Source of the DNA: an uncultured Actinomyces sp.
Lineage (GTDB): Bacteria > Actinomycetota > Actinomycetes > S36-B12
DNA length: 51,259 bases
Assembly: GCA_964351035.1 (NCBI GenBank)
Contig: CAYGMM010000001.1
Span: 1,604 to 52,862 of the forward strand
Direction of reading: 5' to 3'
This document shows, piece by piece, positions 1-11,442 of this stretch (positions are counted from its first letter, which is position 1; every line of letters starts with the position of its first letter). The translations under genes were made by a program, and so were the position numbers. The notes below the pieces were generated by a model that was given only the letters and a program-made list of their open reading frames with translations, made no database searches and was not told the DNA's origin.

Positions 1-1218
1 GCCGCAGAGCGTCTGCACGCGACGACCCACTTCCCGGGGTTCAGCGGTCGCCTGTGTCCCGCGCCGTGTGAGACCGCCTGCGTACTCGGCATCAACTCCG
101 ATCCGGTCACGATCAAGCAGGTCGAGGTCTCGATCATCGATCGCGCGTGGGATTCCGGCTGGGTCACGCCCCAGCCGCCGGAGCGCTCCACGGGCAAGGC
201 CATTGCCGTCGTGGGTTCGGGCCCGGCAGGCCTCGCGGCCGCCCAGCAGTTGGCGCGTGCTGGTCACACCGTGGCGGTGTTCGAGCGCGCGGACCGCATC
301 GGTGGTCTGCTGCGCTACGGCATTCCGGAGTTCAAGATGGAGAAGGCCCATCTGGACCGGCGCCTGCGCCAGATGGCCCAGGAGGGCGTGAAGTTCCGTC
401 CGGGTGTCGAGGTCGGCGTCGACATCACCGTGTCCGACCTGCGCAAGCGGTATGACGCGGTCGTGCTCGCCATTGGCGCCACGCGGTGGCGTGATCTGCC
501 GGTGCCCGGCCGCGAGTTGAGCGGTGTTCATCAGGCGATGGAGTACCTGCCCGGCGCCAACCGTGTCCAGGAGGGCGATCTGGAGGAGGCGCCGATCGAT
601 GCGGCGGGCAAGCACGTCGTCATCATCGGCGGCGGCGACACCGGCGCCGACTGCCTGGGCACGGCCCTGCGGCAGGGCGCGGCATCGGTGACCCAGTTGG
701 AGATCATGCCGACACCTCCGGAGGCGCGACCCACCGGTCAGCCGTGGCCGACGTACCCGATGATCTTCCGCGTCTCCAGCGCGCATGAGGAGGGCGGCGA
801 CCGTGTGTTCGCGGTGTCGACGGAGTGCTTCCTGGGGGAGGACGGCAAGGTCACCGCGCTGCGCCTGTCCGATGTCGAAATGGTCGATGGTCGGTTCACG
901 CCGATCGAGGGCACGACCCGGGAGATCCCGGCCGATCTGGTGTTCTTGGCCATGGGCTTCACCGGCCCGGAGCCCGAGGGGCTGGTTGCCGATCTGGGGC
1001 TTGAGGTCACCGAGCGTGGATCGATCGCCCGTGATGACGACTACGCCACGGCGCTGGATGGCGTCTTCGTGGCGGGCGATGCCGGACGTGGGCAGTCGCT
1101 CATCGTGTGGGCGATTGCCGAGGGGCGGGCGGCTGCGGCCTCGGTGGATCGCTACCTCACCGGCGACACGAATTTGCCCTCCCCTATCCCCGCCTCGGCC
1201 CGACCCCTTACCGTGTAA
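1..1218 (+). CDS. gltD: glutamate synthase (NADPH) small subunit, 5' end outside window
   Basis: Frame 1 is open from base 1 (AAERLHATTHFPGFSGRLCPAPCETACVLGIN...) and continues into ORF 211..1218. Fe-S Cys motif CPAPCETAC, dinucleotide fold VVGSGPAGLAAA, C-terminal GDAGRGQSLIVWAIAEGR. Confidence 0.9.
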   Translation, partial: AAERLHATTHFPGFSGRLCPAPCETACVLGINSDPVTIKQVEVSIIDRAWDSGWVTPQPPERSTGKAIAVVGSGPAGLAAAQQLARAGHTVAVFERADRIGGLLRYGIPEFKMEKAHLDRRLRQMAQEGVKFRPGVEVGVDITVSDLRKRYDAVVLAIGATRWRDLPVPGRELSGVHQAMEYLPGANRVQEGDLEEAPIDAAGKHVVIIGGGDTGADCLGTALRQGAASVTQLEIMPTPPEARPTGQPWPTYPMIFRVSSAHEEGGDRVFAVSTECFLGEDGKVTALRLSDVEMVDGRFTPIEGTTREIPADLVFLAMGFTGPEPEGLVADLGLEVTERGSIARDDDYATALDGVFVAGDAGRGQSLIVWAIAEGRAAAASVDRYLTGDTNLPSPIPASARPLTV

Positions 1219-1253
1219 CCGGTTTCGTAACTCCCCCCGGACGGAAGGCGAAC

Positions 1254-2687
1254 ATGCGTCGCGCCAAGATCGTGGCCACCCTGGGGCCGGCAACGGCCTC
1301 CTACGAAGCAATTCTGGAGTTGGTCCAGGCGGGCATGGATGTCGCCCGATTGAATCTCAGCCACGGCAGCTACGAGGACCACACCCGGTCCTATGAGCGG
1401 ATCCGCCGGGCCAGCGATGCGACGGGTCGCGGCGTCGGCATCCTCGTCGACCTACAGGGGCCCAAGATCCGACTCGGCACGCTGGACGGCGGGCCGGCAC
1501 TCCTCGAGGCGGGTGCGGACTTCACGATCACCACCGAGGACGTGCCCGGCGACGCCAAAATCGCCTCGACGACGTACGCCGGCCTGCCCGGTGATGTGCG
1601 CCCCGGCGACATGATCCTCATCGACGACGGGCGTGTGGCGCTCGAAGCGTTGTCGGTCGATGGCCCGCGAGTGCACACGCGTGTTGTCGAGGGTGGGCGA
1701 ATCTCCGACAACAAGGGCATCAATCTGCCGGGCGTTGCGGTGAGTGTGCCGGCACTGTCGGAGAAGGACATCGACGACCTGCGCTGGGCACTGCGTACTG
1801 GCGCGGACCTCATCGCGCTGTCGTTCGTGCGTTCGGCCGAGGACATCCGCGACGTCCATCGCATCATGGACGAGGAGGGCGTGCGCCTGCCGGTCCTGGC
1901 CAAGGTGGAGAAGCCGCAGGCCGTCGACAACCTCGACGGCATCATCGCGGCGTTCGACGGCATCATGGTGGCCCGCGGTGATCTCGGTGTCGAGTTGCCG
2001 CTGGAGATGGTGCCGCTGACGCAGAAGCGGGCGATCGAGAAGTGCCGGGCCGCGGCGAAGCCGGTGATCGTGGCGACACAGATGCTCGATTCGATGATCA
2101 CCGCCACGCGGCCGACGCGCGCGGAGGCTAGTGACGTGGCGAATGCCGTACTTGATGGCGCGGATGCGGTCATGCTGTCGGGGGAGACCAGCGTCGGCAA
2201 GCATCCGGCCCTGGTCGTCGAGACGATGAGCCGCATCATCGTGCACATCGAGGACAACGCCCTCGAGCGTCTGTCGGCACCGGAAAACGACAAGCCCGGG
2301 TCGACGGCTCGTGCGCTGACCGAAGCGGCGGTCAACGTCGCGCGCTCCGTGGGGGCGGCGAGCCTCATCCCGTTCACCGAGACCGGGTCTAGCGCACGCA
2401 TGATCTCGCGCTGGCGCTCGGCGACCCCGATCCTGGCGTTCACCCCCAACCCGCGCACCCGCAGCCAACTCGCGCTCGTGTGGGGCGTGGAGACCTTCCT
2501 GGTTTCTCCGGTCATGCACACCGACGACATGGTCGTGCAGGTCGACAAGGCGCTGCTTGACATCGGCCGGGTGACGTACGGCGAGCGCGTGGTCATCGTG
2601 GCCGGCGTACCCCCGGGCATCCCCGGGACGACCAACGGCATGCGCGTACACCTCATCGGCAGCGGTGGGCGCGGCGGCGGCGTCTAG
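1254..2687 (+). CDS. pyk: pyruvate kinase
   Basis: MRRAKIVATLGPA, NLSHGS, MVARGDLGVELP, SGETSVGKHP motifs. ATG 1254 is preceded by ggaagg. The ORF-track start 1107 overlaps gltD and is rejected. Confidence 0.93.
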   Translation: MRRAKIVATLGPATASYEAILELVQAGMDVARLNLSHGSYEDHTRSYERIRRASDATGRGVGILVDLQGPKIRLGTLDGGPALLEAGADFTITTEDVPGDAKIASTTYAGLPGDVRPGDMILIDDGRVALEALSVDGPRVHTRVVEGGRISDNKGINLPGVAVSVPALSEKDIDDLRWALRTGADLIALSFVRSAEDIRDVHRIMDEEGVRLPVLAKVEKPQAVDNLDGIIAAFDGIMVARGDLGVELPLEMVPLTQKRAIEKCRAAAKPVIVATQMLDSMITATRPTRAEASDVANAVLDGADAVMLSGETSVGKHPALVVETMSRIIVHIEDNALERLSAPENDKPGSTARALTEAAVNVARSVGAASLIPFTETGSSARMISRWRSATPILAFTPNPRTRSQLALVWGVETFLVSPVMHTDDMVVQVDKALLDIGRVTYGERVVIVAGVPPGIPGTTNGMRVHLIGSGGRGGGV

Positions 2688-2696
2688 CCCAGCGCA

Positions 2697-2755
2697 CACC
2701 CTTGTGGGAAATGGTCGCTAAGTCGGCGAGATAGCGACCATTTCCCACGAGGGTG
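2697..2755. repeat. palindromic intergenic element R1 (24-nt arms, 11-nt loop), 10 nt after the pyk stop; terminator-like hairpin without a U-tract
   Basis: cacccttgtgggaaatggtcgcta / tagcgaccatttcccacgagggtg are reverse complements with one mismatch. The core is shared with the elements at 14075, 17178, 33680 and 42076. Confidence 0.7.
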
Positions 2756-2805
2756 CGGCCGTCGAGCCGGCATCAGATAAGGTCGGGACCGGCATCCTTT
2801 AACGA

Positions 2806-2831
2806 CCCGTCCAGCGAGGCGGGGAAGGGAG
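2806..2831 (+). promoter_or_regulatory. putative PyrR-binding RNA hairpin overlapping the pyrR Shine-Dalgarno
   Basis: CCCG-UCCAGCGAGG-CGGG stem-loop. The loop resembles the PyrR binding-loop consensus (UCCAGAGAGG) as I recall it. It runs directly into the ggggaagggag SD, 8 nt before ATG 2839. Confidence 0.55.
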
Positions 2832-2838
2832 TCGGACC

Positions 2839-3375
2839 ATGGCGCCTGCCAGCGCACGTGTGCTCGACGAGGCGGATATCGCCCGCAGTGTGAGCCGCAT
2901 TTCCCATGAGATCCTCGAACGGTCCCACGGCTCCGCCGATCTGGTCATCCTCGGCATCCAGACCCGCGGCGTCCCTCTCGCCCGGCGCATTGCGGCCCGG
3001 ATGTCGGGGATCGAGGACACGCAGATTCCCTGCGGTGCACTCGACATCACGATGTACCGCGACGACCTCCGGCTACGGGGTGCGCGATCACTCGAGGTCA
3101 CCGAGTTGCCCGACGGCGGCGTGGACGATCGCGTCGTTGTTCTCGTCGACGACGTGCTCTTCTCCGGGCGCACCATTCGGGCGGCGCTCGACGCCATCAG
3201 CGACCTGGGACGACCCCGCGCCGTCCAACTCGCCGTCCTCGTCGATCGTGGGCACCGCGAGTTGCCTATCCGCGCGGACTACGTCGGCAAGAACATCCCC
3301 ACCTCTCGCGACCAGGCGGTGCGCGTGCGCCTGAGCGAAGTCGACGGTGTCGACGAAGTGGTGGTCGAGGGATGA
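2839..3375 (+). CDS. pyrR: bifunctional pyrimidine operon regulator / uracil phosphoribosyltransferase
   Basis: PRPP-binding [19 protein letters not shown]. First gene of the pyr operon. ATGA overlap with pyrB. Confidence 0.92.
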   Translation: MAPASARVLDEADIARSVSRISHEILERSHGSADLVILGIQTRGVPLARRIAARMSGIEDTQIPCGALDITMYRDDLRLRGARSLEVTELPDGGVDDRVVVLVDDVLFSGRTIRAALDAISDLGRPRAVQLAVLVDRGHRELPIRADYVGKNIPTSRDQAVRVRLSEVDGVDEVVVEG

Positions 3376-4328
3376 TCCGACACCTGCTGAGTGCCGCTGA
3401 CCTCGATCGCGACGAGGCGGTCGCCATCCTCGACACCGCGGGCGAACTCGCGCGCGCCACCGGCCGCTCGGTCAAGAAGCTGCCCACCCTGCGGGGTCGG
3501 ACCGTGGTCAACCTCTTCTACGAGGACTCCACGCGCACGCGCATCTCCTTCGAGGCCGCGGCCAAGCGTCTGTCTGCCGACGTCATCACGTTCAGCGCCA
3601 AGGGCTCCAGCGTGTCGAAGGGGGAGAGCCTCAAGGACACCGCACTCACCCTGGAGGCCATGGGCGCGGATGCCGTCGTGGTACGCCATCCGGCCTCCGG
3701 GGCCGCTCACCGGCTCGCGATGTCGGACTGGACCGGCTGCGTCGTCGTCAATGCCGGGGACGGCACACACGAGCATCCAACCCAGGCGCTTCTCGATGCC
3801 TACACACTGCGTCACCACCTGAACGACGGTGCTGGCGATCTCGCCGGTCGCCGCGTCGTCATCGTCGGTGACGTGCTGCACAGTCGCGTCGCCCGATCCA
3901 ATGTGCTCCTGCTCGACACGCTCGGCGCCGACGTCACCGTGGTGGGCCCACCCACGCTCCTGCCCGTGGGCGTCGAGCACTGGCCCTGCGGTGTGTCCTA
4001 CGACCTCGACGATGCCCTCGTCGGGGCAGATGCGGTGATGATGCTGCGCGTGCAGAACGAGCGCATGAACGCGGCCTACTTCCCGTCAGCGCGCGAATAC
4101 TCGCGTCGCTACGGACTCGATCGACGTCGCGCCGACCTGCTCGCTCCTGACGGGATCGTCATGCACCCCGGACCCATGAACCGCGGCATGGAGATCACTG
4201 CTGAGGTCGCTGATGGGCCGCGATCAGTCGTCGTGGAGCAGGTGACGAACGGCGTGCACGTGCGCATGGCCGTCCTCTATCGCCTTCTTGGCGCACTACC
4301 CGAACTCGAGACGGAGGCCGGCTCATGA
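3372..4328 (+). CDS. pyrB: aspartate carbamoyltransferase catalytic subunit
   Basis: [29 protein letters not shown] motifs. Confidence 0.95.
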   Translation: MIRHLLSAADLDRDEAVAILDTAGELARATGRSVKKLPTLRGRTVVNLFYEDSTRTRISFEAAAKRLSADVITFSAKGSSVSKGESLKDTALTLEAMGADAVVVRHPASGAAHRLAMSDWTGCVVVNAGDGTHEHPTQALLDAYTLRHHLNDGAGDLAGRRVVIVGDVLHSRVARSNVLLLDTLGADVTVVGPPTLLPVGVEHWPCGVSYDLDDALVGADAVMMLRVQNERMNAAYFPSAREYSRRYGLDRRRADLLAPDGIVMHPGPMNRGMEITAEVADGPRSVVVEQVTNGVHVRMAVLYRLLGALPELETEAGS

Positions 4329-5611
4329 CCGTGGTGATTCGCAACGTGGCGCCGTACGGCGAGGATCTGGTGGATCTCACACTGGCCGACGGTCGTATCG
4401 CCCGGGTGGACGTGGCCGGGCAGGCGCCGGCGGGGGAGCAGGAGATCGACGCGACCGGCCTGATCGCGCTGCCGGGTCTGGTCGATCTGCACACGCATCT
4501 ACGTGAACCCGGGCGTGAGGATGCCGAGACGATCGAGTCCGGTACGGCCGCCGCCGCTCTCGGCGGGTTCACGGCCGTCCATGCGATGGCCAATACCCAA
4601 CCCGTGGCGGACACAGCCGGCGTCGTGGAACAGGTGTGGCGACGTGGCCAGGAGGCCGGTCACTGCGACGTCCATCCGGTGGGCGCGGTGACGGTCGGTC
4701 TCGCCGGTGAGCGCCTCGCCGAACTCGGGGCGATGGCCGACTCCGCCGCACGGGTGCGGGTCTTCAGCGACGACGGCATTTGCGTAAGCGACGCCGTCCT
4801 CATGCGCCGGGCGCTGGAATACGTCAAGGCGTTCGACGGCGTCATCGCCCAGCACGCCCAGGAGCCACGACTGACCGAGGGCGCTCAAATGAACGAGGGT
4901 GAACTCTCCGGTGTTCTTGGGCTGCGCGGCTGGCCGCCGGTGGCGGAAGAGGCGATCATCGCCCGCGATGTCCTGCTCGCCGAACATGTTGGCTCACGCG
5001 TGCACATCTGCCATCTGAGCACCCGCGGATCGGTCGACATCATCCGCTGGGCCAAGGCCCGCGGCATTGATGTCACGGCCGAGGTCACGCCGCATCACCT
5101 GATTCTCACCGAAGAACTCGCAACGACGTACGACCCGAAATACAAGGTGAACCCGCCACTGCGCACCGCCGATGATGTCGAAGCGGTCCGCGAAGGTCTC
5201 GCCGACGGCACCATCGACATCGTCGCGACCGACCACGCGCCGCATGCGCACGAGGACAAGGACTGCGAGTGGGCGGCCGGTGCATTCGGCATGCTCGGTC
5301 TGCAGACCGCTCTGAGCGTGGTCATCGAGACGATGGTGGACGCCGGACGGCTGAACTGGCGTGAGGTCGCCGATCGCATGGCAACGGCACCAGCACACAT
5401 TGGTCGGGTGGTCGATCAGGGGCGCCCTCTCGAAGTGGGCGAGCCGGCCAACATCGTCCTCGTTGATCCCGGGGCCCGTTGGTGGGTTGACCCGGACCAA
5501 CTGGCCTCACGCAGTCGCAACACGCCGTTCGAGGGTCGCGAGATGTCCGGTCGGGTCATCGCCACCTTCCTTCGTGGTCGCCCCACCGTTCTGGACGGGG
5601 CTCTCGTATGA
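4325..5611 (+). CDS. pyrC: dihydroorotase
   Basis: [10 protein letters not shown] metal-binding motif and [12 protein letters not shown] overlaps on both sides. Confidence 0.93.
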   Translation: MTVVIRNVAPYGEDLVDLTLADGRIARVDVAGQAPAGEQEIDATGLIALPGLVDLHTHLREPGREDAETIESGTAAAALGGFTAVHAMANTQPVADTAGVVEQVWRRGQEAGHCDVHPVGAVTVGLAGERLAELGAMADSAARVRVFSDDGICVSDAVLMRRALEYVKAFDGVIAQHAQEPRLTEGAQMNEGELSGVLGLRGWPPVAEEAIIARDVLLAEHVGSRVHICHLSTRGSVDIIRWAKARGIDVTAEVTPHHLILTEELATTYDPKYKVNPPLRTADDVEAVREGLADGTIDIVATDHAPHAHEDKDCEWAAGAFGMLGLQTALSVVIETMVDAGRLNWREVADRMATAPAHIGRVVDQGRPLEVGEPANIVLVDPGARWWVDPDQLASRSRNTPFEGREMSGRVIATFLRGRPTVLDGALV

Positions 5612-6123
5612 GCGACGCCCTCGCTCGCACGCTGTGGGTGCTCATCGTGGTCGCGGCCATCGCCGCGACGCTGTGGGCCATGCGCCGCGGATGGAAGCGC
5701 CGCCAGGCCCGCCAGTCCGATATCGCCGCGCCACCCGTCGTGCCGCCCGATGTCGGCTCGACCCTCCTGGGTCCCGTTACCGGGAGATACGTGGGCACCG
5801 TGAGCGCGGGCGACTGGCTCGATCGGGTCGCCGTCCACGACCTGGGCGTGCGCAGTGCCGCCGACGTCACGATCACCGAGGCCGGTGTTGTCATACGTCG
5901 CCAGGGGGCCGCCGATCTCTTCCTCGCGACCGATGCCATCCATGGCGTACGCGCCGATCGGGGGATCGCCGGACGCGTGGCTGAGCGCGGTGGGGTGCTC
6001 GTCGTCACCTGGGACCTAGGTGGCAGGCTGGTCGACAGCGGTTTCCGGGCTGACGTGGGCAAAGAGCAGGCGGCCCTGATCAGCACCATCGAGTCAGTGC
6101 TAGCCGAGGAGAGGGCATCATGA
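5608..6123 (+). CDS. conserved N-terminally anchored membrane protein of the pyr operon, function unknown
   Basis: One N-terminal TM segment ([17 protein letters not shown]) followed by a soluble domain. It occupies the slot between pyrC and carA that holds a small membrane-protein gene in mycobacteria (Rv1382, from memory). Translationally coupled on both sides. Confidence 0.7.
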   Translation: MSDALARTLWVLIVVAAIAATLWAMRRGWKRRQARQSDIAAPPVVPPDVGSTLLGPVTGRYVGTVSAGDWLDRVAVHDLGVRSAADVTITEAGVVIRRQGAADLFLATDAIHGVRADRGIAGRVAERGGVLVVTWDLGGRLVDSGFRADVGKEQAALISTIESVLAEERAS

Positions 6124-7253
6124 GCGGGCGAGCAGCGACGGAACCCGCGGTCCTCATCCTCGAGGATGGGCGCACCTTCCGCGGTCGCTCGTACGGCGCC
6201 GTCGGGAGCACGGTCGGCGAAGCGGTGTTCAACACCGGGATGACCGGATATCAGGAGACCCTGACCGACCCGTCGTATCAGGGACAGGTCGTCGTCATGA
6301 CCTCCCCGCACGTCGGCAACACCGGTATGAACGACGAGGACCCTGAGTCCCGGCAGATCTGGGTGGCCGGCTACGTCGTCCGCGATCCCTCGCCGATTCC
6401 GTCCAACTGGCGCTCACGCCGTTCACTCGACGAGGAACTCGTCGACGCGGGAGTGGTCGGCATTCGCGACATCGACACACGTGCGCTCACCCGCCACCTA
6501 CGCGATCGCGGCGCCATGCGTGTCGGAATCTTCAGTGGTGCCGAGGCGGCGGCGGACCCCGACGCACTCCTGTCGCGCGTACGCGAGGCCCCGGAAATGG
6601 CCGGCTGCAGCCTGACCGACGACGTCACCGTCGACGAGCCGTACGTGGTTCCGGCGATCGGCGAGGAGCGCTATGTCGTGGCGGCCGTCGACCTGGGCAT
6701 CAAGTCCATGACCCCGCATCGGATGGCCGAGCGCGGCATGACGGTGCACGTCGTTCCCGCTGACATTGAGGCCGACGCCCTCCTCGAACTCGGGCGCGAT
6801 GGCATTTTCTTGTCCAATGGCCCGGGTGATCCGGCTACCGCCGACCACGCCGTGGCACTCGTGCAGGCTGCCCTGGCCGCCAAGCGCCCGCTGTTTGGCA
6901 TCTGCTTCGGTCACCAGATGCTCGGGCGCGCCCTCGGCTTCGGCACGTACAAACTTCGCTTCGGTCACCGTGGCGTCAATCAGCCGGTACAGGATCTGCA
7001 GACCGGCCGCGTCGCCATCACCGCACACAACCACGGCTTCGCCGTGGACGCGGCCATCGGTGAGGTGCTGCAGACCCCGTACGGGCGCGTCGAAGTCAGC
7101 CATGTCTGCCTCAACGACAACGTGGTGGAGGGCCTGCGCTGCCTGGATGTGCCCGCCTTCAGCGTGCAGTACCACCCGGAGGCCGCGGCCGGTCCGCACG
7201 ATGCTGCCGACCTCTTCGATGAATTCGCCGCACTCATGGACGGAGCCCGCTGA
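6120..7253 (+). CDS. carA: carbamoyl-phosphate synthase small (glutaminase) subunit
   Basis: Amidotransferase triad context [12 protein letters not shown] and HNHGF. Confidence 0.95.
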   Translation: MSGRAATEPAVLILEDGRTFRGRSYGAVGSTVGEAVFNTGMTGYQETLTDPSYQGQVVVMTSPHVGNTGMNDEDPESRQIWVAGYVVRDPSPIPSNWRSRRSLDEELVDAGVVGIRDIDTRALTRHLRDRGAMRVGIFSGAEAAADPDALLSRVREAPEMAGCSLTDDVTVDEPYVVPAIGEERYVVAAVDLGIKSMTPHRMAERGMTVHVVPADIEADALLELGRDGIFLSNGPGDPATADHAVALVQAALAAKRPLFGICFGHQMLGRALGFGTYKLRFGHRGVNQPVQDLQTGRVAITAHNHGFAVDAAIGEVLQTPYGRVEVSHVCLNDNVVEGLRCLDVPAFSVQYHPEAAAGPHDAADLFDEFAALMDGAR

Positions 7254-10200
7254 TGCCGCGCCGCGACGACATCACCTCGGTCATGGTGATCGGCTCTGGC
7301 CCGATCGTTATCGGTCAGGCGTGCGAGTTCGACTACTCCGGCACTCAGGCCTGTCGCGTCCTGCGCGCTGAGGGGATCCGTGTGGTTCTCGTCAACTCCA
7401 ACCCGGCCACGATCATGACCGACCCGGAGTTCGCCGACGCGACGTACATCGAGCCCATCACCCCCGAATACGTCGAGCGCATCATCGCGCGCGAGCGCCC
7501 AGATGCGCTGCTGCCGACGCTCGGCGGGCAGACCGCGCTCAACACCGCGATCGCCCTGCACAACAGTGGCGTGCTCGAGCGGTACGGCGTCGAACTCATC
7601 GGTGCGGACGTCGACGCCATCGAGCGGGGGGAGAACCGCGAGATCTTCCGCAGCATCGTGGCGGACATCGGTGGAGAGAGCGCGCGTTCGGCTATCTGTC
7701 ACACGCTCGATGAGTGCCTAGAGGCCGTCCACGATCTCGGCTACCCGGTGGTGGTGCGCCCGTCGTTCACCATGGGCGGGGCCGGCTCGGGCATGGCCTA
7801 CGACGAGGCCGATCTGCGCCGGATTGCTGGCAACGGTCTGCAGGCAAGTCCGACGAGTGAGGTTCTGCTCGAGGAGTCCATCCTCGGGTGGAAGGAGTAC
7901 GAACTCGAACTCATGCGCGATCGCAACGACAACGTCGTGGTGATCTGTTCAATCGAGAATCTCGATCCCATGGGTGTGCACACCGGTGACTCGATCACCG
8001 TTGCCCCGGCACTCACCCTCACCGACCGCGAGTACCAGCGGATGCGCAACCTGGCCATCGACATCATTCGATCGGTGGGTGTCGACACCGGTGGCTGCAA
8101 CATTCAGTTTGCGGTCAACCCCGACGATGGCCGACTTATCGTCATCGAGATGAACCCCCGGGTGTCGCGCTCGTCCGCCCTGGCCTCGAAGGCGACCGGC
8201 TTCCCCATCGCGAAGATCGCCGCCAAACTCGCGGTGGGCTACACACTGGACGAGATCCCCAACGACATCACCGCGGAGACTCCCGCCTCTTTCGAACCGA
8301 CCCTGGACTACGTCGTGGTCAAGGTCCCGCGGTTCGCCTTCGAGAAGTTCCCCCAGGCCGACCCGGTGCTGACCACAACGATGAAGTCGGTGGGTGAGGC
8401 GATGGCGATCGGCCGCAATTTCACCGAAGCCTTGCAGAAGGCATTGCGTTCGATGGAGCGCGCCGACGCGGTGTTTGCCTGGCCATCGAGTCGTGCTGAG
8501 ATCGACCTGCCGGGACTGCTGGCCTCCGTGCCCATTCCGCATGACGGGCGCCTGCGTGAGGTCCAGCAGGCACTGTGGGCGGGTGCGACCGTGGAGCAGA
8601 TGCACGAGCTCACCGACATCGACCCGTGGTTCCTCGAACAGATCACCCTCATCAACGACATCGCCGACGATGTACGCGCCGCCGCCGACCTTGACGTCGA
8701 CCTCCTGCGTGAGGCCAAGCGCCACGGCTTCTCCGACCAACAGATCGCCCAGCTGCGCGACACGGACGAGGCGAGCATCCGGACCCTTCGGCAGGATCTC
8801 GGCCTGCGCCCGGTCTACAAGACCGTTGACACCTGCGCCGCGGAGTTCGCCGCGCGTACGCCGTATCACTACTCGGCCTACGACGAGGAGACCGAGGTGG
8901 AGCCCGGCACCGCACCGAAGGTGATCATCCTGGGCTCCGGGCCGAACCGCATTGGCCAGGGCATCGAGTTCGACTACTCGTGTGTCCATGCGTCGATGAC
9001 GCTGCGTGATGCGGGATTCGAGACCGTCATGGTCAACTGCAATCCCGAGACGGTGTCGACCGACTACGACACCTCGGACCGTCTCTACTTCGAGCCGCTG
9101 ACCCTCGAGGATGTGCTCGAGGTGGTTCATGCTGAGTCTCAGTCGGGCGAGATCGCCGGGGTCGTCGTACAACTCGGCGGTCAGACGCCGCTCGGTCTCG
9201 CTCGGGCCCTGAAGGAGGCCGGGGTGCCGATTGTCGGCACGTCACCGGAGTCCATCCACCTTGCGGAGGACCGTGGGGCCTTCGGCGACCTGCTCACGCA
9301 GGCCGGCCTGCCGGCGCCCCGCTTCGGCACGGCGTTCTCCTTCGACGAGGCCCGCAGCATCGCCGCGGAGATCGGCTACCCGGTGCTCGTGCGTCCGTCC
9401 TACGTACTCGGTGGTCGTGGCATGGAGATCGTGTACGACGACGACATGCTCCGCGACTACCTCGAACGAGCGACGCAGATCAACCCCGAGCATCCGGTGC
9501 TGGTTGATCGCTTCCTCGACGACGCCCTCGAGATTGACGTCGACGCGCTGTACGACGGCACCGAACTCTTCCTCGGTGGTGTGATGGAGCACATCGAGGA
9601 GGCCGGAATCCACTCCGGCGACTCCGCCTGCGCGTTGCCGCCGGTGTCGCTCGGTCCGCAGGAGATCGAGCGCATCCGAGAGTCGACGCGACTGCTCGCT
9701 GAAGGAATCGGTGTCCGCGGCCTGATGAACGTGCAATACGCACTTGCCGGCGGCGTACTCCACGTACTCGAGGCCAACCCGCGTGCATCGCGCACCGTCC
9801 CCTTCGTCTCCAAGGCGATCGGCATTCCGTTGGCCAAGGCGGCCGCGCGCGTCATGCTCGGCGCCACCATCGCCGAACTGCGCGCCGAGGGCATGCTTCC
9901 CGCGCAGGGCGACGGCGGCACGCTCCCGGCGGGCGGCCCGGTCGCGGTCAAGGAGGCGGTCCTGCCGTTCGGCCGCTTCCACGGCGTCGACACCGTCCTC
10001 GGGCCGGAGATGCGCTCGACCGGCGAGGTCATGGGAATCGATGCGCATTTCGGCACGGCCTTCGCCAAGTCTCAGGCCGCCACCTACGCTCGCGGGCTGC
10101 CGACGTCGGGCAGCGTCTTCGTCTCCGTGGCCGACCGGGACAAGCGCGCGATGATCTTCCCGATCAAGCGCCTGGCCGACCTGGGTTTCACCATCCTGGC

Positions 10201-10582
10201 CACCGATGGCACGGCGGAGGTCCTTCGCCGCTACGGCCTCAAGGTCGATCTGCTGCGCAAAGCGCGATTCGGCACCGGACCGGCCGGGGAGCCCACTACC
10301 GTCGACGCCATCATGGCCGGCGACGTGGACCTCATCATCAACACGCCCTTCGGCGTGGGCCCACGTCTTGACGGCTACGAGATCCGCACGGCCGCGGTGA
10401 TCAAGGGCGTCCCGTGTATCACGACGATCCAGGGCCTCGCCGCGACCGTTCTCGGCATCGAAGCGCTGGTTGCCAGCGGCGACGGGGAGCCCATCGGCGT
10501 TCGATCGATCCAGGAGTACGCCGCTGACCTTGCCGCGCTGCGCGCCGCGCAAGCGACCGAGGCGATGAAGGGGAGTGGCTGA
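7253..10582 (+). CDS. carB: carbamoyl-phosphate synthase large subunit
   Basis: 1109 aa with duplicated ATP-grasp halves ([14 protein letters not shown] and [14 protein letters not shown]) and a C-terminal MGS-like domain. Confidence 0.97.
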   Translation: MPRRDDITSVMVIGSGPIVIGQACEFDYSGTQACRVLRAEGIRVVLVNSNPATIMTDPEFADATYIEPITPEYVERIIARERPDALLPTLGGQTALNTAIALHNSGVLERYGVELIGADVDAIERGENREIFRSIVADIGGESARSAICHTLDECLEAVHDLGYPVVVRPSFTMGGAGSGMAYDEADLRRIAGNGLQASPTSEVLLEESILGWKEYELELMRDRNDNVVVICSIENLDPMGVHTGDSITVAPALTLTDREYQRMRNLAIDIIRSVGVDTGGCNIQFAVNPDDGRLIVIEMNPRVSRSSALASKATGFPIAKIAAKLAVGYTLDEIPNDITAETPASFEPTLDYVVVKVPRFAFEKFPQADPVLTTTMKSVGEAMAIGRNFTEALQKALRSMERADAVFAWPSSRAEIDLPGLLASVPIPHDGRLREVQQALWAGATVEQMHELTDIDPWFLEQITLINDIADDVRAAADLDVDLLREAKRHGFSDQQIAQLRDTDEASIRTLRQDLGLRPVYKTVDTCAAEFAARTPYHYSAYDEETEVEPGTAPKVIILGSGPNRIGQGIEFDYSCVHASMTLRDAGFETVMVNCNPETVSTDYDTSDRLYFEPLTLEDVLEVVHAESQSGEIAGVVVQLGGQTPLGLARALKEAGVPIVGTSPESIHLAEDRGAFGDLLTQAGLPAPRFGTAFSFDEARSIAAEIGYPVLVRPSYVLGGRGMEIVYDDDMLRDYLERATQINPEHPVLVDRFLDDALEIDVDALYDGTELFLGGVMEHIEEAGIHSGDSACALPPVSLGPQEIERIRESTRLLAEGIGVRGLMNVQYALAGGVLHVLEANPRASRTVPFVSKAIGIPLAKAAARVMLGATIAELRAEGMLPAQGDGGTLPAGGPVAVKEAVLPFGRFHGVDTVLGPEMRSTGEVMGIDAHFGTAFAKSQAATYARGLPTSGSVFVSVADRDKRAMIFPIKRLADLGFTILATDGTAEVLRRYGLKVDLLRKARFGTGPAGEPTTVDAIMAGDVDLIINTPFGVGPRLDGYEIRTAAVIKGVPCITTIQGLAATVLGIEALVASGDGEPIGVRSIQEYAADLAALRAAQATEAMKGSG

Positions 10583-11442
10583 TGCCGGTTCACACACGTG
10601 GCGAGGTCGTGACGGTACGTCGCGCCGGTGCCTACTCGGTGCTCACCATCACCGCCCCCGGCGTACCCGAACTCACGCGTCCCGGCCACTTTGCCGCCCT
10701 GGCGATCGGTGACTTGGAGACGAGCAGCCTGTTGCTGCGTCGCGCCTTCTCGATCCACGGTGTCCAGTCGCGTGGCATTTACGGCGGCACGATCGACCTG
10801 GTCATCTCTGATGTCGGCGAAGGCACGCACTGGCTGCTGCAGCGGCGTCGCGGTGACGCCGTCGACATCGTGGCCCCGCTCGGTCGGCCGTTCGCACTGC
10901 CGCGCGAACCGGTGTCGTGCACCTTGGTTGGCGGCGGCTACGGCTCGGCACCGCTGTTCATGCTGGCCGAGCAATTGCGCGAGCGCGGTTGCCGCGTCGA
11001 CGTCGTGCTCGGTGCCGCAACCGAGCAGCGCCTCTTCGGCGTCCTCGAAGCCAAGCGCAGCGCGACGACCGTCACCATCACCACCGAGGATGGCTCCGCC
11101 GGAGACCGAGGTCGGGTCACGGACTATCTCGAAGGTGTGATGGAGCGCGCGAACGCCGAGGTCGTCTACGCGTGCGGTCCCATGGGCATGCTCGCCGCAG
11201 TATCGGAGATCGCGCAGACGGTTGGCGCCTACAGCCAGTGCGCCGTTGAGGAAGCGATGGCCTGCGGGATCGGCGTCTGCATGAGTTGCGTGCTCCCGGT
11301 CGTAGGAGATGACGGCGTGACGCGAATGCTGCGCTCATGTGTCGAAGGCCCGGTCTTCCGTGGGGAGCGCGTGCGCTGGGATGACGTCGGCACCGTTCCA
11401 CCGGACACCCTCGGCGCCCCCGTCATCACGGGAGGTCACTGA
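10582..11442 (+). CDS. pyrK: dihydroorotate dehydrogenase (class 1B) electron-transfer subunit
   Basis: FAD/NAD-binding ferredoxin-reductase fold (RRAFSI) and C-terminal 2Fe-2S Cys cluster CGIGVCMSC...C. TGATG overlap with carB and pyrD. Confidence 0.88.
   Translation: MPVHTRGEVVTVRRAGAYSVLTITAPGVPELTRPGHFAALAIGDLETSSLLLRRAFSIHGVQSRGIYGGTIDLVISDVGEGTHWLLQRRRGDAVDIVAPLGRPFALPREPVSCTLVGGGYGSAPLFMLAEQLRERGCRVDVVLGAATEQRLFGVLEAKRSATTVTITTEDGSAGDRGRVTDYLEGVMERANAEVVYACGPMGMLAAVSEIAQTVGAYSQCAVEEAMACGIGVCMSCVLPVVGDDGVTRMLRSCVEGPVFRGERVRWDDVGTVPPDTLGAPVITGGH

Noticed and set aside
869-895. Extra copy of the repeat core (gaaatggtcgatggtcg) inside gltD
   Set aside because: It is only a 12-nt match with no inverted partner. 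It sits in a conserved coding region (EMVDGRF) and is consistent with chance.
1391-2699. Two long minus-strand ORFs (421 and 415 aa) antisense to pyk
   Set aside because: They overlap each other and a complete pyruvate kinase, and are Ser/Arg/Thr-rich shadow frames.
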